Source: a virus. Taken from it: a stretch of DNA of 64,000 nucleotides. Positions 1-9,140 of the stretch are shown here, in pieces (positions within the stretch are counted from its first letter, which is position 1; each line of letters starts with the position of its first letter). The position numbers and the translations under genes are program-made. The notes below the pieces were generated by a model, which saw nothing but the letters and a program-made list of their open reading frames with translations, was not told the origin of the DNA and did not search any database. The DNA lies in IMG/VR virus record IMGVR_UViG_3300021406_000012, positions 1 to 64,000 of that record. The stretch is one strand, 5' to 3'.

Positions 1-243
1 CTCGACGCCGAGATCCATCGCGCGACGCTCCAGCGGACTGACCCGCGCGTACATATTGAACTTGGGCGGCGTTTCCTCTTGGGTCTCCCAATATTCGCGC
101 AGCTCGGACAGCGTGCGCTCGACACCAATCAGGGCGTGCCCTAGCCCCTTCCAGTCGTCCTGCGTCAGGTGACGCACGGCGTTCACAGAAAACCCCGCCA
201 GCGCCTTCGCGCGCGCGATGGCGTCGCTTTTCGTTATTGTCAT
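1..243 (-). CDS. Hypothetical early protein (partial, runs off window)
   Basis: ATG at 243 preceded by GAGAGTCGAG SD-like motif; frame MTITKSDAIARAKALAG... stays open to position 1. Confidence 0.6.
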   Translation of the reverse strand, partial: MTITKSDAIARAKALAGFSVNAVRHLTQDDWKGLGHALIGVERTLSELREYWETQEETPPKFNMYARVSPLERRAMDLGVE

Positions 244-313
244 CGTCTCGACTCTCCACCGGGCGGATTGCCCGCGACCGCGCCCCGAAACGTCGAGGCG
301 CGCGCGCTGGCAG

Positions 314-2320
314 TCACGCAGCGGATTTGATAATCGCTAGGAGATCAGCCGGAAGTTGGCGATGGTACTTGAGGACGATCCGGCGACCGAGTACCGCCTG
401 CTTGGCGGTGAGCCGGGGGGACGTGGCCAGCGATTTGCCGACATGCGTATCCATCCGGTTGAAGCCCATGTCATCCAAGCTGGCGGCGCCGTCGCAGATG
501 CCCGCCAGCGCGCGCAGAGCCGCGTGGACGGCCAGGACGGCCTCTGGGCTAATCTTCACCGCCTCCTCGGCTACTTGCGCCTGGGTGACCGCCCTAGTGG
601 CCGGAGGCCCCGCCCTATCGGCCGGGGGAACGTCAACCGGCTCGACGTCTGGGAGCCGTTCCTTGTCGTCGAGGGCCGCGTCGAGGTTGCGCTGCTTCTC
701 GACGAGGATCTCCGCCGCTCTCTGCTCGTAGCTCCCGTCAAGCACAAGATGCTGGATCAGCACTGACTGGTCCTGACCCCTCCTGTGCGCGCGGTCCTCG
801 GCTTGGGTCATATTGCCGGGGACGACATCAAGCTCCCCGAAAACGACGAGCGAGGCGGCAGTCAGCGTGATCGCCACGCCGGCCGCTTTGATCGAGCCGA
901 TAAACAGCGTCTTGGCCGGGTTCGTCTGGAACGCATCCACCTCGGCCATGCGGTCCCGCTGCGCCGTCTCGCCGGTCACCATCACGGAGGCCGCGCCGAA
1001 ATGCGCCTTGAGCGCGTTCGCCACGTCGTGGTGCCAAATCATCACGATCGTCTTGCCCTGGTTCTCAATGCACTCTTCGAGGTGCGTGATCAGCTGGGGA
1101 ATCTTGGCGACCGCGACCTCATGACGAACACGGCTGATCTCGGCGAAGTCCACCGCTGCGGCCTCACGCAGGGCCGCCACGGCGTTCCGATAGTCGGCTG
1201 GGTCCTCTGACGCCTTGGACAGCTCGACGGCCAGCCGTAGGGCTTCCAGGCGCTTCTCGGACGCTGCCTCGGCGGCGCTCTCCCGCGCCAGCGCTTTCTT
1301 GGCGGCGGCGCCCTCGGGGGCGATAACCACGATCTGGCGCCGCTTCGCCGGCAGTTCCTTGAGGACATCGCGCTTAAGGCGGCGAATCATGATCGACGCG
1401 CGAAGCTTCGCCTGTAGCTCATCGAGGTTCGACGCGCCGGACACGTCCCAGCCATAGGAGCCGTGATAGCCCGCGCAGTAGCGCGTCACGAAGCTCTTCC
1501 AATTGGCACCCAGGCCTTTCTTGTCGAGCGCCTGGACGATCGGCCAAAGCTCGATGGGCCGATTGAGGAACGGCGTTCCGCTCAGAAACACCCGGCGCCG
1601 CGCCTTGAGCGGCTCGATCTCCCAGGCGCGCGCCTTCGCGTCCCACTTGCCGAAAACCAGCGAGGTGCGCTGCGCCTTCTTATTTTTCAGGTAGTGAAAT
1701 TCATCCGAGACAAGGATGTCCCACTGGCGCGCACGCAACGCATCGTGATGCTTGCTCAACATTTCATAGTTGATGATCACGACATCTGTCGCCGGAAACG
1801 CGCCATTGGCCACGCCGACAGACATGTCGCGGACCAGCCATTTCTTGGCCTCGCGCTTCCAATTGAGCTTGGGCGTGGCTGGGCAAATGATCAGCACGCT
1901 CTTGATGCTCGGATCGGCGTTGATGATGCCCAGAGCCTCGATCGTTTTGCCGAGTCCCATTTCGTCGCCGATCAGAACGCTCGGGCGATCCATCGCGTAA
2001 GCGACCGCCGCGCGCTGGTACGCGTCAAACTTGCAGCCCTCGGGGGCCGGGATATCAACGTCTGCATCGGCCGCGCGGGAGGCCTCGATCGCCGCTGCAT
2101 CGCGATCGTGCTTGGCTTGGCGTTGCGCGGTGAGGTTCGCCGCTAGCTCGCCGGGGTCCTTCCCTAGCTGGGCCGCGATCTCGGCGCGATCGGTCCACCA
2201 GTGTTTGCGCACCGGATCGAACCGGAATCCGGCGGCCTTAACGAGGTCTTTCGTCGCGTAGTCAAAGGGAAACCGGGCGATGAATTTGCCGCCCTCTTGC
2301 GTGACTGTGATTGCTGACAT
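314..2320 (-). CDS. SNF2-family (HARP/SMARCAL1-like) helicase
   Basis: GDEMGLGKT (motif I), DEFH (II), LSGTP (III), [11 protein letters not shown] (VI); N-terminal HARP-like FPFD..VK..GFRFDP..K.WW. Confidence 0.9.
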   Translation of the reverse strand: MSAITVTQEGGKFIARFPFDYATKDLVKAAGFRFDPVRKHWWTDRAEIAAQLGKDPGELAANLTAQRQAKHDRDAAAIEASRAADADVDIPAPEGCKFDAYQRAAVAYAMDRPSVLIGDEMGLGKTIEALGIINADPSIKSVLIICPATPKLNWKREAKKWLVRDMSVGVANGAFPATDVVIINYEMLSKHHDALRARQWDILVSDEFHYLKNKKAQRTSLVFGKWDAKARAWEIEPLKARRRVFLSGTPFLNRPIELWPIVQALDKKGLGANWKSFVTRYCAGYHGSYGWDVSGASNLDELQAKLRASIMIRRLKRDVLKELPAKRRQIVVIAPEGAAAKKALARESAAEAASEKRLEALRLAVELSKASEDPADYRNAVAALREAAAVDFAEISRVRHEVAVAKIPQLITHLEECIENQGKTIVMIWHHDVANALKAHFGAASVMVTGETAQRDRMAEVDAFQTNPAKTLFIGSIKAAGVAITLTAASLVVFGELDVVPGNMTQAEDRAHRRGQDQSVLIQHLVLDGSYEQRAAEILVEKQRNLDAALDDKERLPDVEPVDVPPADRAGPPATRAVTQAQVAEEAVKISPEAVLAVHAALRALAGICDGAASLDDMGFNRMDTHVGKSLATSPRLTAKQAVLGRRIVLKYHRQLPADLLAIIKSAA

Positions 2321-2325
2321 TTCGG

Positions 2326-2598
2326 TCACCCGTGCCAAAAATGAGTGATGATCGAGGTAATGATCGAGGCTAAGAGCGCCGCTAGAACGCTGCTCGACAG
2401 CAATTGCAGCCAAGGGAACCAGTGGTTCTCGCGATCCAGCTTTCGTAACTCAGCCGCGTACTTGTCAGACTCTTGTTGCAGCTTTCGTGACTCAGCGCGG
2501 TACTTGTCGGACTCTTCCTGCAATTTGCCGGTTTCAGCGATCGCCTTGTAGATCCGAGTCAATTGCTCGGGAATATCAAACGGGGAAGGATCGGCCAT
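2326..2598 (-). CDS. Small coiled-coil protein with C-terminal TM helix
   Basis: 14-aa tandem repeat KLQ(E/Q)ESDKY.AE.R, hydrophobic C-terminus; own promoter and GGAGTCGAA SD. Confidence 0.7.
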   Translation of the reverse strand: MADPSPFDIPEQLTRIYKAIAETGKLQEESDKYRAESRKLQQESDKYAAELRKLDRENHWFPWLQLLSSSVLAALLASIITSIITHFWHG

Positions 2599-2678
2599 GG
2601 ATTTCGACTCCAGAAAGGGAAAACCGGGCGGTAGGCGCCGCCCGGTCCTGATATGGCACTAAACGCAAAAACCGTCAA
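2599..2678 (-). promoter_or_regulatory. Early promoter cassette: -35/-10, CCTA-loop hairpin, GGAGTCGAA SD
   Basis: Minus strand TTGACG-17-CATATC, ACCGGGCGG-CGCCTA-CCGCCCGGT, GGAGTCGAAATCC-ATG. Confidence 0.7.
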
Positions 2679-3013
2679 CCTTGCGACAGTTTTTTCTGCG
2701 CCTCATCCTCAATATATCCCCTCGCGTAGGCCTTGCGCGCGTAACTCAGGGCGCACCGCAGCGTGCAAAACGGCTCGTAAGGCGCGCTCCACGATACGCC
2801 GTCCCAAATATCGCGGCCGGTGACGAGCATGGGCGTGGTCGCGTTTGGCGTCGTCCGATAAGGCGTCGCGGTATTGGTGACGATCCCGTCGCCCTCGTGG
2901 GCGGGCATGGGCTCGCCCTCGGGCCAGCGCACTTGCTCGTACGTGGTGATCCGTTGCCCGTATTTGGCGCCGCAATGGACGCAAACCGGGCGCGGCTTAG
3001 TCGCGGCCTTCAT
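2675..3013 (-). CDS. Small Zn-binding hypothetical protein
   Basis: CVHCG ... FCTLRCA; ATGA overlap with neighbour. Confidence 0.7.
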   Translation of the reverse strand: MKAATKPRPVCVHCGAKYGQRITTYEQVRWPEGEPMPAHEGDGIVTNTATPYRTTPNATTPMLVTGRDIWDGVSWSAPYEPFCTLRCALSYARKAYARGYIEDEAQKKLSQG

Positions 3014-3303
3014 CGGATCGATCCCGCCGGGAACTTGAAGCGAACCAGCCAGGACGGGCCGCGCGAGTTGCGCAAGTACGCAAGCGGCTGGATGTGCCGA
3101 TCGGCGACGCCCATGTACTCATGGCGCTCCCACGCGGTTCCTAGAGCGGCCCGCCAGCGGCGTCCGTACACCTTGCGCCACGCCACCATCGCCTCTAGCT
3201 CGACGTCGGTCAGCGGGCGCGTGATGCGCCCCGCCTTGTAGCCGGCCATGTCATCCCAGCGCACGCGGTACGTCAGGCGCGAGGGCGTTCCTTCGTCGCT
3301 CAT
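3010..3303 (-). CDS. Hypothetical early protein
   Basis: Coupled ATGA overlaps; YGRRWRAAL..AW...LAYLRNSRGPSWL. Confidence 0.7.
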   Translation of the reverse strand: MSDEGTPSRLTYRVRWDDMAGYKAGRITRPLTDVELEAMVAWRKVYGRRWRAALGTAWERHEYMGVADRHIQPLAYLRNSRGPSWLVRFKFPAGSIR

Positions 3304-3593
3304 GACAGCGCCTCGTTGCTGACCCAGCTATCGCGCGGCGCCGCCCACTTGGGGTTGCCATGCTGCTCGACAATGCGCTCGATCTTGCGCTGATTCAGCT
3401 CCTCATATTCGGTCTTCGCGATCTCGACCGCCGGATTCGGATAGACGCTCGGGCTGGCGGGTTTCATGCTGAACCCGTAGCTCGTCACGCGGTGCGCGTC
3501 GCACTGAATCCACGCGCTGAGATAGACCCGGCTCTCGCTCCCGCGAAACACCGTGAAGCGACCGTTCGTCGCCTTGAAATAGCGGAGCGGCAT
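3300..3593 (-). CDS. Hypothetical early protein
   Basis: MPLRYFKATNG..., start overlaps upstream stop. Confidence 0.6.
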   Translation of the reverse strand: MPLRYFKATNGRFTVFRGSESRVYLSAWIQCDAHRVTSYGFSMKPASPSVYPNPAVEIAKTEYEELNQRKIERIVEQHGNPKWAAPRDSWVSNEALS

Positions 3594-3793
3594 CAGATCA
3601 ACTCCGCATCGGGCGAGCCGCAGGCGGTCCGCGCCTCTTCCAGCGTGGGGTAAATCTCGCCCAGCTGGGGGACATTTCGGCGCAAAAAGCGGATCGGCTG
3701 GAAGCCGTAGGTCTGCGGCACCATCGAGCGCGCAGCCACAGAACCGGGCTGCACATCCCGCACTTGCTGGATGTACCAAACATTCAATTTCAT
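3593..3793 (-). CDS. Hypothetical early protein
   Basis: MKLNVWYIQQ... preceded by AAGGAGTCGAAT SD. Confidence 0.65.
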   Translation of the reverse strand: MKLNVWYIQQVRDVQPGSVAARSMVPQTYGFQPIRFLRRNVPQLGEIYPTLEEARTACGSPDAELI

Positions 3794-3808
3794 ATTCGAC
3801 TCCTTCGT

Positions 3809-3872
3809 AGGCTCATCAGGCGGCGCATCACGCCGCGAGACGGCGGGACATGCCCGCCGCCTTTCGCCTTGG
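3809..3872 (-). ncRNA. Type II hammerhead ribozyme (HH1)
   Basis: Minus strand AGGC-GAAA-[GGCGGCGGG catgt CCCGCCGTC]-TC-[GCGGCG tgatg CGCCGC]-CTGATGA-GCCT; intact core; predicted cut between 3837 and 3836. Confidence 0.88.
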
Positions 3873-3873
3873 T

Positions 3874-4800
3874 TCACGCTGCTAGAAGCGCTGGCGCGCC
3901 CGTGGACGCCTCTTCGTCCGCGTCCGCCTCCTCGGCCGCCGCCGCGCCTCGGAGCCAGTCTACAGCCTTGCTGGCCGCGCTGGCGGCGGTGATGATCGCC
4001 GTTTCCCGCTCTTCGAGCAGCGATACCCAAGTCTCGATGTACGAGGCCGGAGCCTCGCCTAGATCAATGCCCCATTCCGCGCAAATGAACGCGCTGGTTA
4101 GCTCCGCGATCAATTCCTCGGCCGCATAGGTGCGGTCGCCAAACTTGGCCCCATAGGTCCGATTGAGGCGCGAGGGATGCCCGGTGCCGTGGCCAAGCTC
4201 ATGGAACAGCGTGGCATAGTAGGGATGGGCGCCCTTGAACGCCTCAAACGCCGGCATCGCGATGCGGTCGAGCGCGGGCGAATAGCAGGCCCGCGAACCC
4301 TCCTCGACCACGCGAATCTCGGTCGCCTGGACGAAGGCGTCGAGGTCAGCATCGCGCCCGTCCGGATTGACCGGCGCATGCTGGCGCGGCGCGCCAATGC
4401 CCAGGACTGAGTCCGGCAGCCCGTCGCACTGCGCGACGTTGAAAACCGGGTACGCCTTGAGGAAACCAATGCTCTTGTGCTTGTCGGGGTCCTGCCGATC
4501 GCGCACGACCATTTTCTTGACGAAGATCACGGTGAGGCTCTTCTCGCCCGCGCGAACCGTCCCGCCGGCCGCCTTCGCTTGCTTGAACGTGAGCCACCTC
4601 GGACCCCAGCCGTTCGCCTCGGCATGCGACCAGAGCAGGATGACGTTGGCGCCGCTGTAGGCGTGTCCGGTGACCGCGTTGCGCGGCATCACGCTACCAT
4701 GAGCTTGGACGCGCTCGGACCATGGCTTGCGCCACGGCGCAACGCCGGTCTTGAGCATGGCGAGGATTTTGTCAGTGATTTCGCGGTGCATGTCGCGCAT
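3874..4800 (-). CDS. ardC: ArdC-family antirestriction ssDNA-binding protein with metalloprotease-like domain
   Basis: PWRKPW, PRNAVTG..YSGAN, WLTFKQA, V..GEK, VFNVAQ, HELGHGTGH, YA.EEL.AEL. Confidence 0.92.
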   Translation of the reverse strand: MRDMHREITDKILAMLKTGVAPWRKPWSERVQAHGSVMPRNAVTGHAYSGANVILLWSHAEANGWGPRWLTFKQAKAAGGTVRAGEKSLTVIFVKKMVVRDRQDPDKHKSIGFLKAYPVFNVAQCDGLPDSVLGIGAPRQHAPVNPDGRDADLDAFVQATEIRVVEEGSRACYSPALDRIAMPAFEAFKGAHPYYATLFHELGHGTGHPSRLNRTYGAKFGDRTYAAEELIAELTSAFICAEWGIDLGEAPASYIETWVSLLEERETAIITAASAASKAVDWLRGAAAAEEADADEEASTGAPALLAA

Positions 4801-4879
4801 TGGGTTCGACTCCAAAAAGAAAAAAAGGGCGGGTTAGGCGCCCGCCCTGCTGAGATAGCACGTTTTGCAAAACGGTCAA
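4801..4879 (-). promoter_or_regulatory. Early promoter cassette for ardC with operator
   Basis: TTGACC-16-TATCTC, TAGCA-CGTTT-TGCAA in spacer, hairpin AGGGCGGG-CGCCTAA-CCCGCCCT then U-run, GGAGTCGAA SD. Confidence 0.7.
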
Positions 4880-4960
4880 GATCATAACCGTTTTTATTTT
4901 CAGATGCGCCCGCTCGCCATCATGAACAGCGCGAAAGCAAGCGACAGGCCGGTGCAAAGT

Positions 4961-5245
4961 TCAGCCACGGCGCACCTCCGTTAGCCGGATGGCGACTGTC
5001 CCGCCGCGCACAACGCCCTGCCCCGCCTCGCAGCGGTAGACGCCAATTGCAGCCTGGAACGCGCACGGCGCGCACTGCATCAGGAACGAGGATTCGGCCG
5101 CGTCGCCATAGCGGCGGCGCGCGGCAAGGTTGGCGACATGGCGCGCAACCGTGAACGCATCGCCCTCAATCGCCACGGTGCAGAATCGGTCGCTCTCGCG
5201 CGGGTCAGCGGCGAGGTGGACGACATCGGCGGTGAAGCGGGTCAT
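4961..5245 (-). CDS. Hypothetical early protein
   Basis: MTRFTADVV... with GGAGG SD. Confidence 0.55.
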   Translation of the reverse strand: MTRFTADVVHLAADPRESDRFCTVAIEGDAFTVARHVANLAARRRYGDAAESSFLMQCAPCAFQAAIGVYRCEAGQGVVRGGTVAIRLTEVRRG

Positions 5246-5246
5246 T

Positions 5247-5465
5247 TTAGCCCACCTCCCCGGCGACGACGATTCCAAGCTCGGCGAGCGACGTCTCGAC
5301 CTGTAGCCGGCAGGCGGCCCGCTCGGCCGATTTGCGCGCGGTGAACGTTTTACCCTCGCGCATCTCGATCTCGCGCCCGTCGCGCAGGAAGAGCGCATAG
5401 CGGCGCTCGCCTTTCGAGGGGTAGCGCGGGTTCAGGTCCGCGTAGACCTTGAGGCGGCACGTCAC
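5247..5465 (-). CDS. Hypothetical early protein
   Basis: GTG start overlapping upstream TGA. Confidence 0.55.
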   Translation of the reverse strand: MTCRLKVYADLNPRYPSKGERRYALFLRDGREIEMREGKTFTARKSAERAACRLQVETSLAELGIVVAGEVG

Positions 5466-5863
5466 GAGCGCACCGCCCGCTCGATGTTGCCCCACGGCGC
5501 CTGGGCGTAATCAACGCCCTCGTGCGGCAGGCGCACCTCAAGGTGACCAATCACCCGGCGCGCCTCGGAGGCCTCCCAGGCGTCATGCTCGCAGGCTTGG
5601 TAGGCGTAGCAATCGACGATCTTGCCGGCGGCGCCAGCGGCCAGCGTGAGCGGCTCGAAGCGATAGGCCTCGACGTCCGCCACATAGCGCGCATGCTCTT
5701 CCGCGTGACGCTTGGGCATGGCGTAGCGGTAGGCTACGCTCTTGACGTTCTCTTCCCAGAGCAGGCGCCCCAAAAGGTTCGCCGGCCGGGTTGAGACGCC
5801 CAACTCCAGGGCGATGGTGACGATGGCGTCAATATCGCGCTTGGACACAACAAAAGCAGACAT
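5462..5863 (-). CDS. Conserved phage early protein
   Basis: MSAFVV...ID..., LWEENVKSVAYRY, CYAYQACEH..WE.S.A; GGAGTCGAA SD. Confidence 0.75.
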   Translation of the reverse strand: MSAFVVSKRDIDAIVTIALELGVSTRPANLLGRLLWEENVKSVAYRYAMPKRHAEEHARYVADVEAYRFEPLTLAAGAAGKIVDCYAYQACEHDAWEASEARRVIGHLEVRLPHEGVDYAQAPWGNIERAVRS

Positions 5864-5894
5864 GGATTCGACTCCTTCAGATTGGCTGACGGTT

Positions 5895-5963
5895 AGGCTC
5901 ATCAGGCAGCGCCAAACGCTGCGACACAGAGGCCCGCTGGCAGGCCTCCGCGTTTCGCCTTGG
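5895..5963 (-). ncRNA. Type II hammerhead ribozyme (HH2)
   Basis: AGGC-GAAA-[CGCGGAGGCCTG..CGGGCCTCTGTG]-TC-[GCAGCG tttgg CGCTGC]-CTGATGA-GCCT; GUC cut between 5923 and 5922. Confidence 0.92.
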
Positions 5964-5964
5964 G

Positions 5965-6159
5965 TCAGGGGTTCTTGATCAGCTTGCCAGCCGCCAGGAC
6001 GCGCCCATCAGCGAGCACTGTGAATATCGGCGCGTCAGTGTCGCGATCCGGGGTCCACGCCTTGTCGTCGGTGATCCGCCAGTCGGCGAACATGCGCGAG
6101 TAATAGACGAACGCCCCGCCGCGATCGGCGGCCAGCTTGGCGGCTTGCTTTAGTGTCAT
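5965..6159 (-). CDS. Hypothetical early protein
   Basis: MTLKQAAKLAA... with GGAGTCGAA SD; flanked by two hammerheads. Confidence 0.7.
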   Translation of the reverse strand: MTLKQAAKLAADRGGAFVYYSRMFADWRITDDKAWTPDRDTDAPIFTVLADGRVLAAGKLIKNP

Positions 6160-6178
6160 CGTTTCGACTCCAGTTGGT

Positions 6179-6244
6179 AGGCTCATCAGTGGCGGCCAAA
6201 CCGCCAGACAGGCGCCGATTCGCTCGGCGCCCGTTTCGCCTTGG
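6179..6244 (-). ncRNA. Type II hammerhead ribozyme (HH3)
   Basis: AGGC-GAAA-[CGGGCGCCGA gcgaa TCGGCGCCTG]-TC-[TGGCGG tttgg CCGCCA]-CTGATGA-GCCT; GUC cut between 6207 and 6206. Confidence 0.92.
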
Positions 6245-6433
6245 TCACTGCCGCTCAAAAGCCAGATAGGCCTGCTTGTGGCTGATGTGCGGGTGCGTCT
6301 TGATGAACTCAGACGCGGCCCACAATTTGCGGTCATAGCGGGACTGGCGCTCGACCGGCCGGTCCGCCAGCGCTACGCGCGCCAGATGGAACAGGTTGGA
6401 CAGTTCCGCCATCTCAGCGTGAGTCAGCATCAC
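6245..6433 (-). CDS. Hypothetical early protein
   Basis: ATGA overlap; LSNLFHLARVAL...SRYDRKLWA. Confidence 0.7.
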   Translation of the reverse strand: MMLTHAEMAELSNLFHLARVALADRPVERQSRYDRKLWAASEFIKTHPHISHKQAYLAFERQ

Positions 6434-6669
6434 GCCCTCCCGCGCAGGAGGGCATGAATCCGGCGAGCCTCGGCGTTCGATACGCGAGACGAACGGCGCG
6501 CGCTGGCGATAGCCTTGTCGATCGCAATCTCTTGCTCGCGACGGGCGATGAACCGCTCGGCCGCATTGGACCCAGCGAATCCAGCGACCATCACGCCGCG
6601 ATCAAAAACAAGCCAATCGTGCTCGGCGTGCTCGCTCCACTCGTTAAACTTCATCTCAAAACGGGACAT
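6430..6669 (-). CDS. First gene of early operon, hypothetical
   Basis: MSRFEMKF... with GGAGTCGAG SD and upstream TTGACA promoter. Confidence 0.65.
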   Translation of the reverse strand: MSRFEMKFNEWSEHAEHDWLVFDRGVMVAGFAGSNAAERFIARREQEIAIDKAIASARRSSRVSNAEARRIHALLRGRA

Positions 6670-6744
6670 GATCTCGACTCCTTTTTCGGGCGCCGTAGGC
6701 CAGCGCCTGTCCTCCAAATAGTGGGTTGGGATACACGCTGTCAA
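6670..6744 (-). promoter_or_regulatory. Early operon promoter cassette
   Basis: TTGACA-17/18-(C)TATTT, hairpin GGCGCTG-GCCTA-CGGCGCC, GGAGTCGAG SD. Confidence 0.7.
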
Positions 6745-6802
6745 GCTTTTTCGGTCGCCATCGTGACGATATTTTGCGGCCGCTCTCGACTCCTTATTAC
6801 AT

Positions 6803-6951
6803 TGTCCCCAGCCAGTGTCCCGATGACCCCCCATAAACCGCGCCTTTGCGGCGACCATGTCCCGCTAAGTGTCCCGCGTTTGTCCCAAGCGTGTCATGCA
6901 GTCTCGGACACGCTTAAATAGGCGGGACTGAGGCGGGACAAGCCAGGGACA
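6803..6951. repeat. Phased TGTCCC / GGGACA direct and inverted repeats (iteron-like)
   Basis: TGTCCC at 6803, 6816, 6858, 6870, 6881; GGGAC(A/T) at 6924, 6935, 6946; 11-13 bp spacing within clusters. Confidence 0.7.
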
Positions 6952-7161
6952 AACGCTCCAAAGCCACAAAACTCGGTAGGCGTTTAAATCAATTTGGAGG
7001 CCCACTGGCTGGGGTCTATGAAAATCGGCCGTAGGACACTGGCGTTGCACGTTTTGCAAGTCCACGGTGCGTCCAATCGATTCTAGGGGTCGTTTCCGAA
7101 ATTGGTCAATTTTCAGAATTTCATGGCATGAAAAGCAGAAGGCGGTGAGAAAGACAGAAGT

Positions 7162-7890
7162 TTACACCCTGCGGACCTCTGCTAAGTCATTGATATTTGA
7201 ATTTTGCGGCAAGTCGGATGTCGGCTTATCGCTGGAATATCCGAAACGCATCTCGAAGAACGCTTGCGATTCCAGTAACTTACGGTGCGTGCGCCTTTGG
7301 CGAGCGAGTTCATAGCGGAAAGCTTGCCGAGTGAGGGGGAAAAGTAGCGGCCCTATCACGACCGGCATCTGCCAACGCTCTCGCACGCAAGGCGCTCGCC
7401 AGCGCTTTGCCCCGCGCAGCCAGTGCCGCCATTGCGACTCGATCACGCATGGTTTGCGCCAGACCGGCCGGACAGAAACGATTGGCTGGAATCTGCGTCC
7501 GTGACCCAATGTCGCCAGATAGGCGACAGCGCTCCACCTGACCCGCTCGCGAGCAATCAATCGCGCATGCGCCAGCGGCTCGATGCTGTCGGCAAGGCCT
7601 CGACCAAGCTCTCGCAACTCAGCCGGCGACCATGGCGTCGAATCGAGGACATGGCGCCACCGCGAGATCAGCGCCCGGTTCACATAGGCCGCTCGCGCCT
7701 CGAAGTCGTATGGATGCCGGTCGCCAGCGATCCCGTTGCACTCGCCGCAGGAAGGCAGCAGCCAACCGCGCACGCGATCCACCGCGTAAGGCGGGAAATG
7801 ATCCCAACAGGTGGCGCGCTCGCCGCAATAGACGCATCGCTCGCCGATCACTCGGATGCGCTCGCCCACCTCGTTTTGCCGGTTTGCCAT
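7162..7890 (-). CDS. HNH endonuclease
   Basis: CVYCG...DHFPP...SCGECN; TTGCA-N5-TGCAA directly upstream at 7893. Confidence 0.75.
   Translation of the reverse strand: MANRQNEVGERIRVIGERCVYCGERATCWDHFPPYAVDRVRGWLLPSCGECNGIAGDRHPYDFEARAAYVNRALISRWRHVLDSTPWSPAELRELGRGLADSIEPLAHARLIARERVRWSAVAYLATLGHGRRFQPIVSVRPVWRKPCVIESQWRHWLRGAKRWRAPCVRERWQMPVVIGPLLFPLTRQAFRYELARQRRTHRKLLESQAFFEMRFGYSSDKPTSDLPQNSNINDLAEVRRV
7183..7195 (-). promoter_or_regulatory. IHF-consensus site
   Basis: Reverse strand TATCAATGACTTA matches WATCAANNNNTTR. Confidence 0.4.
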
Positions 7891-8666
7891 CCTTGCAGAT
7901 CATGCAAACAAGCCGCAACAGTCAATCCCCCCCAAGACGCCTTCGCCAAGCCTCAGAGCCGGTCGCTGGCAGGCCTCGATCGCACCGAAACGGCTCATTG
8001 CCCCAAAACCGTCAAGCCCCAGGCCTCGCCCAAGCCAATGAGATGCCAGGGTTATAAAAAGTGATTTGCGCCACGACACTGTTTTGGCACTGTCCCCGCG
8101 CCTCCCCTCGCGCGCGCGCGGTCGCCTACTTTCCACCGCCTGAAGCCTTGGGGACGGAGCAGGCGTCCCAAAGGGCGCCGTCCGCGAGGTCCACACACAC
8201 CATGCAGACGTCTCAGCACTCCATCCACGCGCGCGTACCCGCGAACAATGGCCCTCTTTGTCCCCAAAATGTCCCCTTCCTCCGCTCGGGACAAGCCGCT
8301 CCGCTCGCTCTCTTCGTTCGCGCTTGTCCCTCCCTACGGAATACCGTCGACAACGCTCCAAAAGGCAGCGGCCAGTGATCAGCCGCTCGATCCATTCCTC
8401 GCTGGTTCCCTCTCCGGAAGCGAAGATTGATTGTCGGCGCGCGGCGCGCTGGCGTCCCTCGAAGCGTCTCGCTTTTCAACCTATGAGGATATTCAACCGT
8501 GCCCACAACCGCTCTGAAGTGGCTTGTTGATTGGAGGCGACGACAGTTCCGCCTTCGCGTCATTCGCGCGCGGAAAGCCCAGCAATTGCGGGCGTCTCCG
8601 AGGATCGCTGTGCTTGTATCTCCGGATTGTGAGACACGCGTCAAATGCATGGCCAAATGCGTGTTA

Positions 8667-8756
8667 GATCAATAGGTTAGCGTGTGCCATATCAGTGCCA
8701 GCGGCTGTGCCGATATAGTGCCGTAAATGGTGCCAGGAGGGTGGGGGGGGAGACCC
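8667..8756 (+). repeat. Candidate packaging (pac/cos) site: IHF-like box, five phased GTGCC, G-tract
   Basis: GATCAATAGGTTA at 8667; GTGCC at 8684, 8695, 8707, 8718, 8730; G8 run; upstream of terS. Confidence 0.5.
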
Positions 8757-9140
8757 TGTTCGCTTCAGTTTAAGCTTAAGGCCCGAGTAAAAAATATGGT
8801 GGTTTGGCTGTGGGTTCATCTTAAGTGATGTGTGTATTGTCCATTTGGACAGAAAGGACGGAATGGACAGAAAGGCGAGTTTTTGGGATATTGCGTTAGA
8901 GTGTTTGTGTGGCTTACAGTTGGTTTTATGACAATGACCGAGGCAGAGGCGATAGTTGCTAGAGTGCCAGCGATTGAGTTGGCTGAGTTAGGGCTGATAG
9001 CGGAGAGATGGCCTATAGAGGATATAAGTCCGAAGCGCGTATTGGAGCTTGCGGAGCAGATGCGCCCATCGGAATTATTGGCGTGGCTTGAGGAGGGTCG
9101 ACGGAAGGTCGGTCGACAGCGCCGGCCGCGAGGGTGAGTT

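Noticed and set aside
1924-1932. TGATGCCCA on the + strand (tigRNA loop repeat)
   Set aside because: Inside the helicase CDS; lacks the CCA-N9 upstream, N9-TG downstream and the closing stem.
7162-7890. HNH protein as the TasH effector for the guide RNAs
   Set aside because: No recognisable Nop-domain segment; it resembles a stand-alone phage HNH. A structure search is needed to exclude it fully.
7900-9137. Several ORF-track calls upstream of terS
   Set aside because: No convincing SD or motifs; the region is repeat-rich and probably mostly non-coding (8832-9137 remains uncertain).
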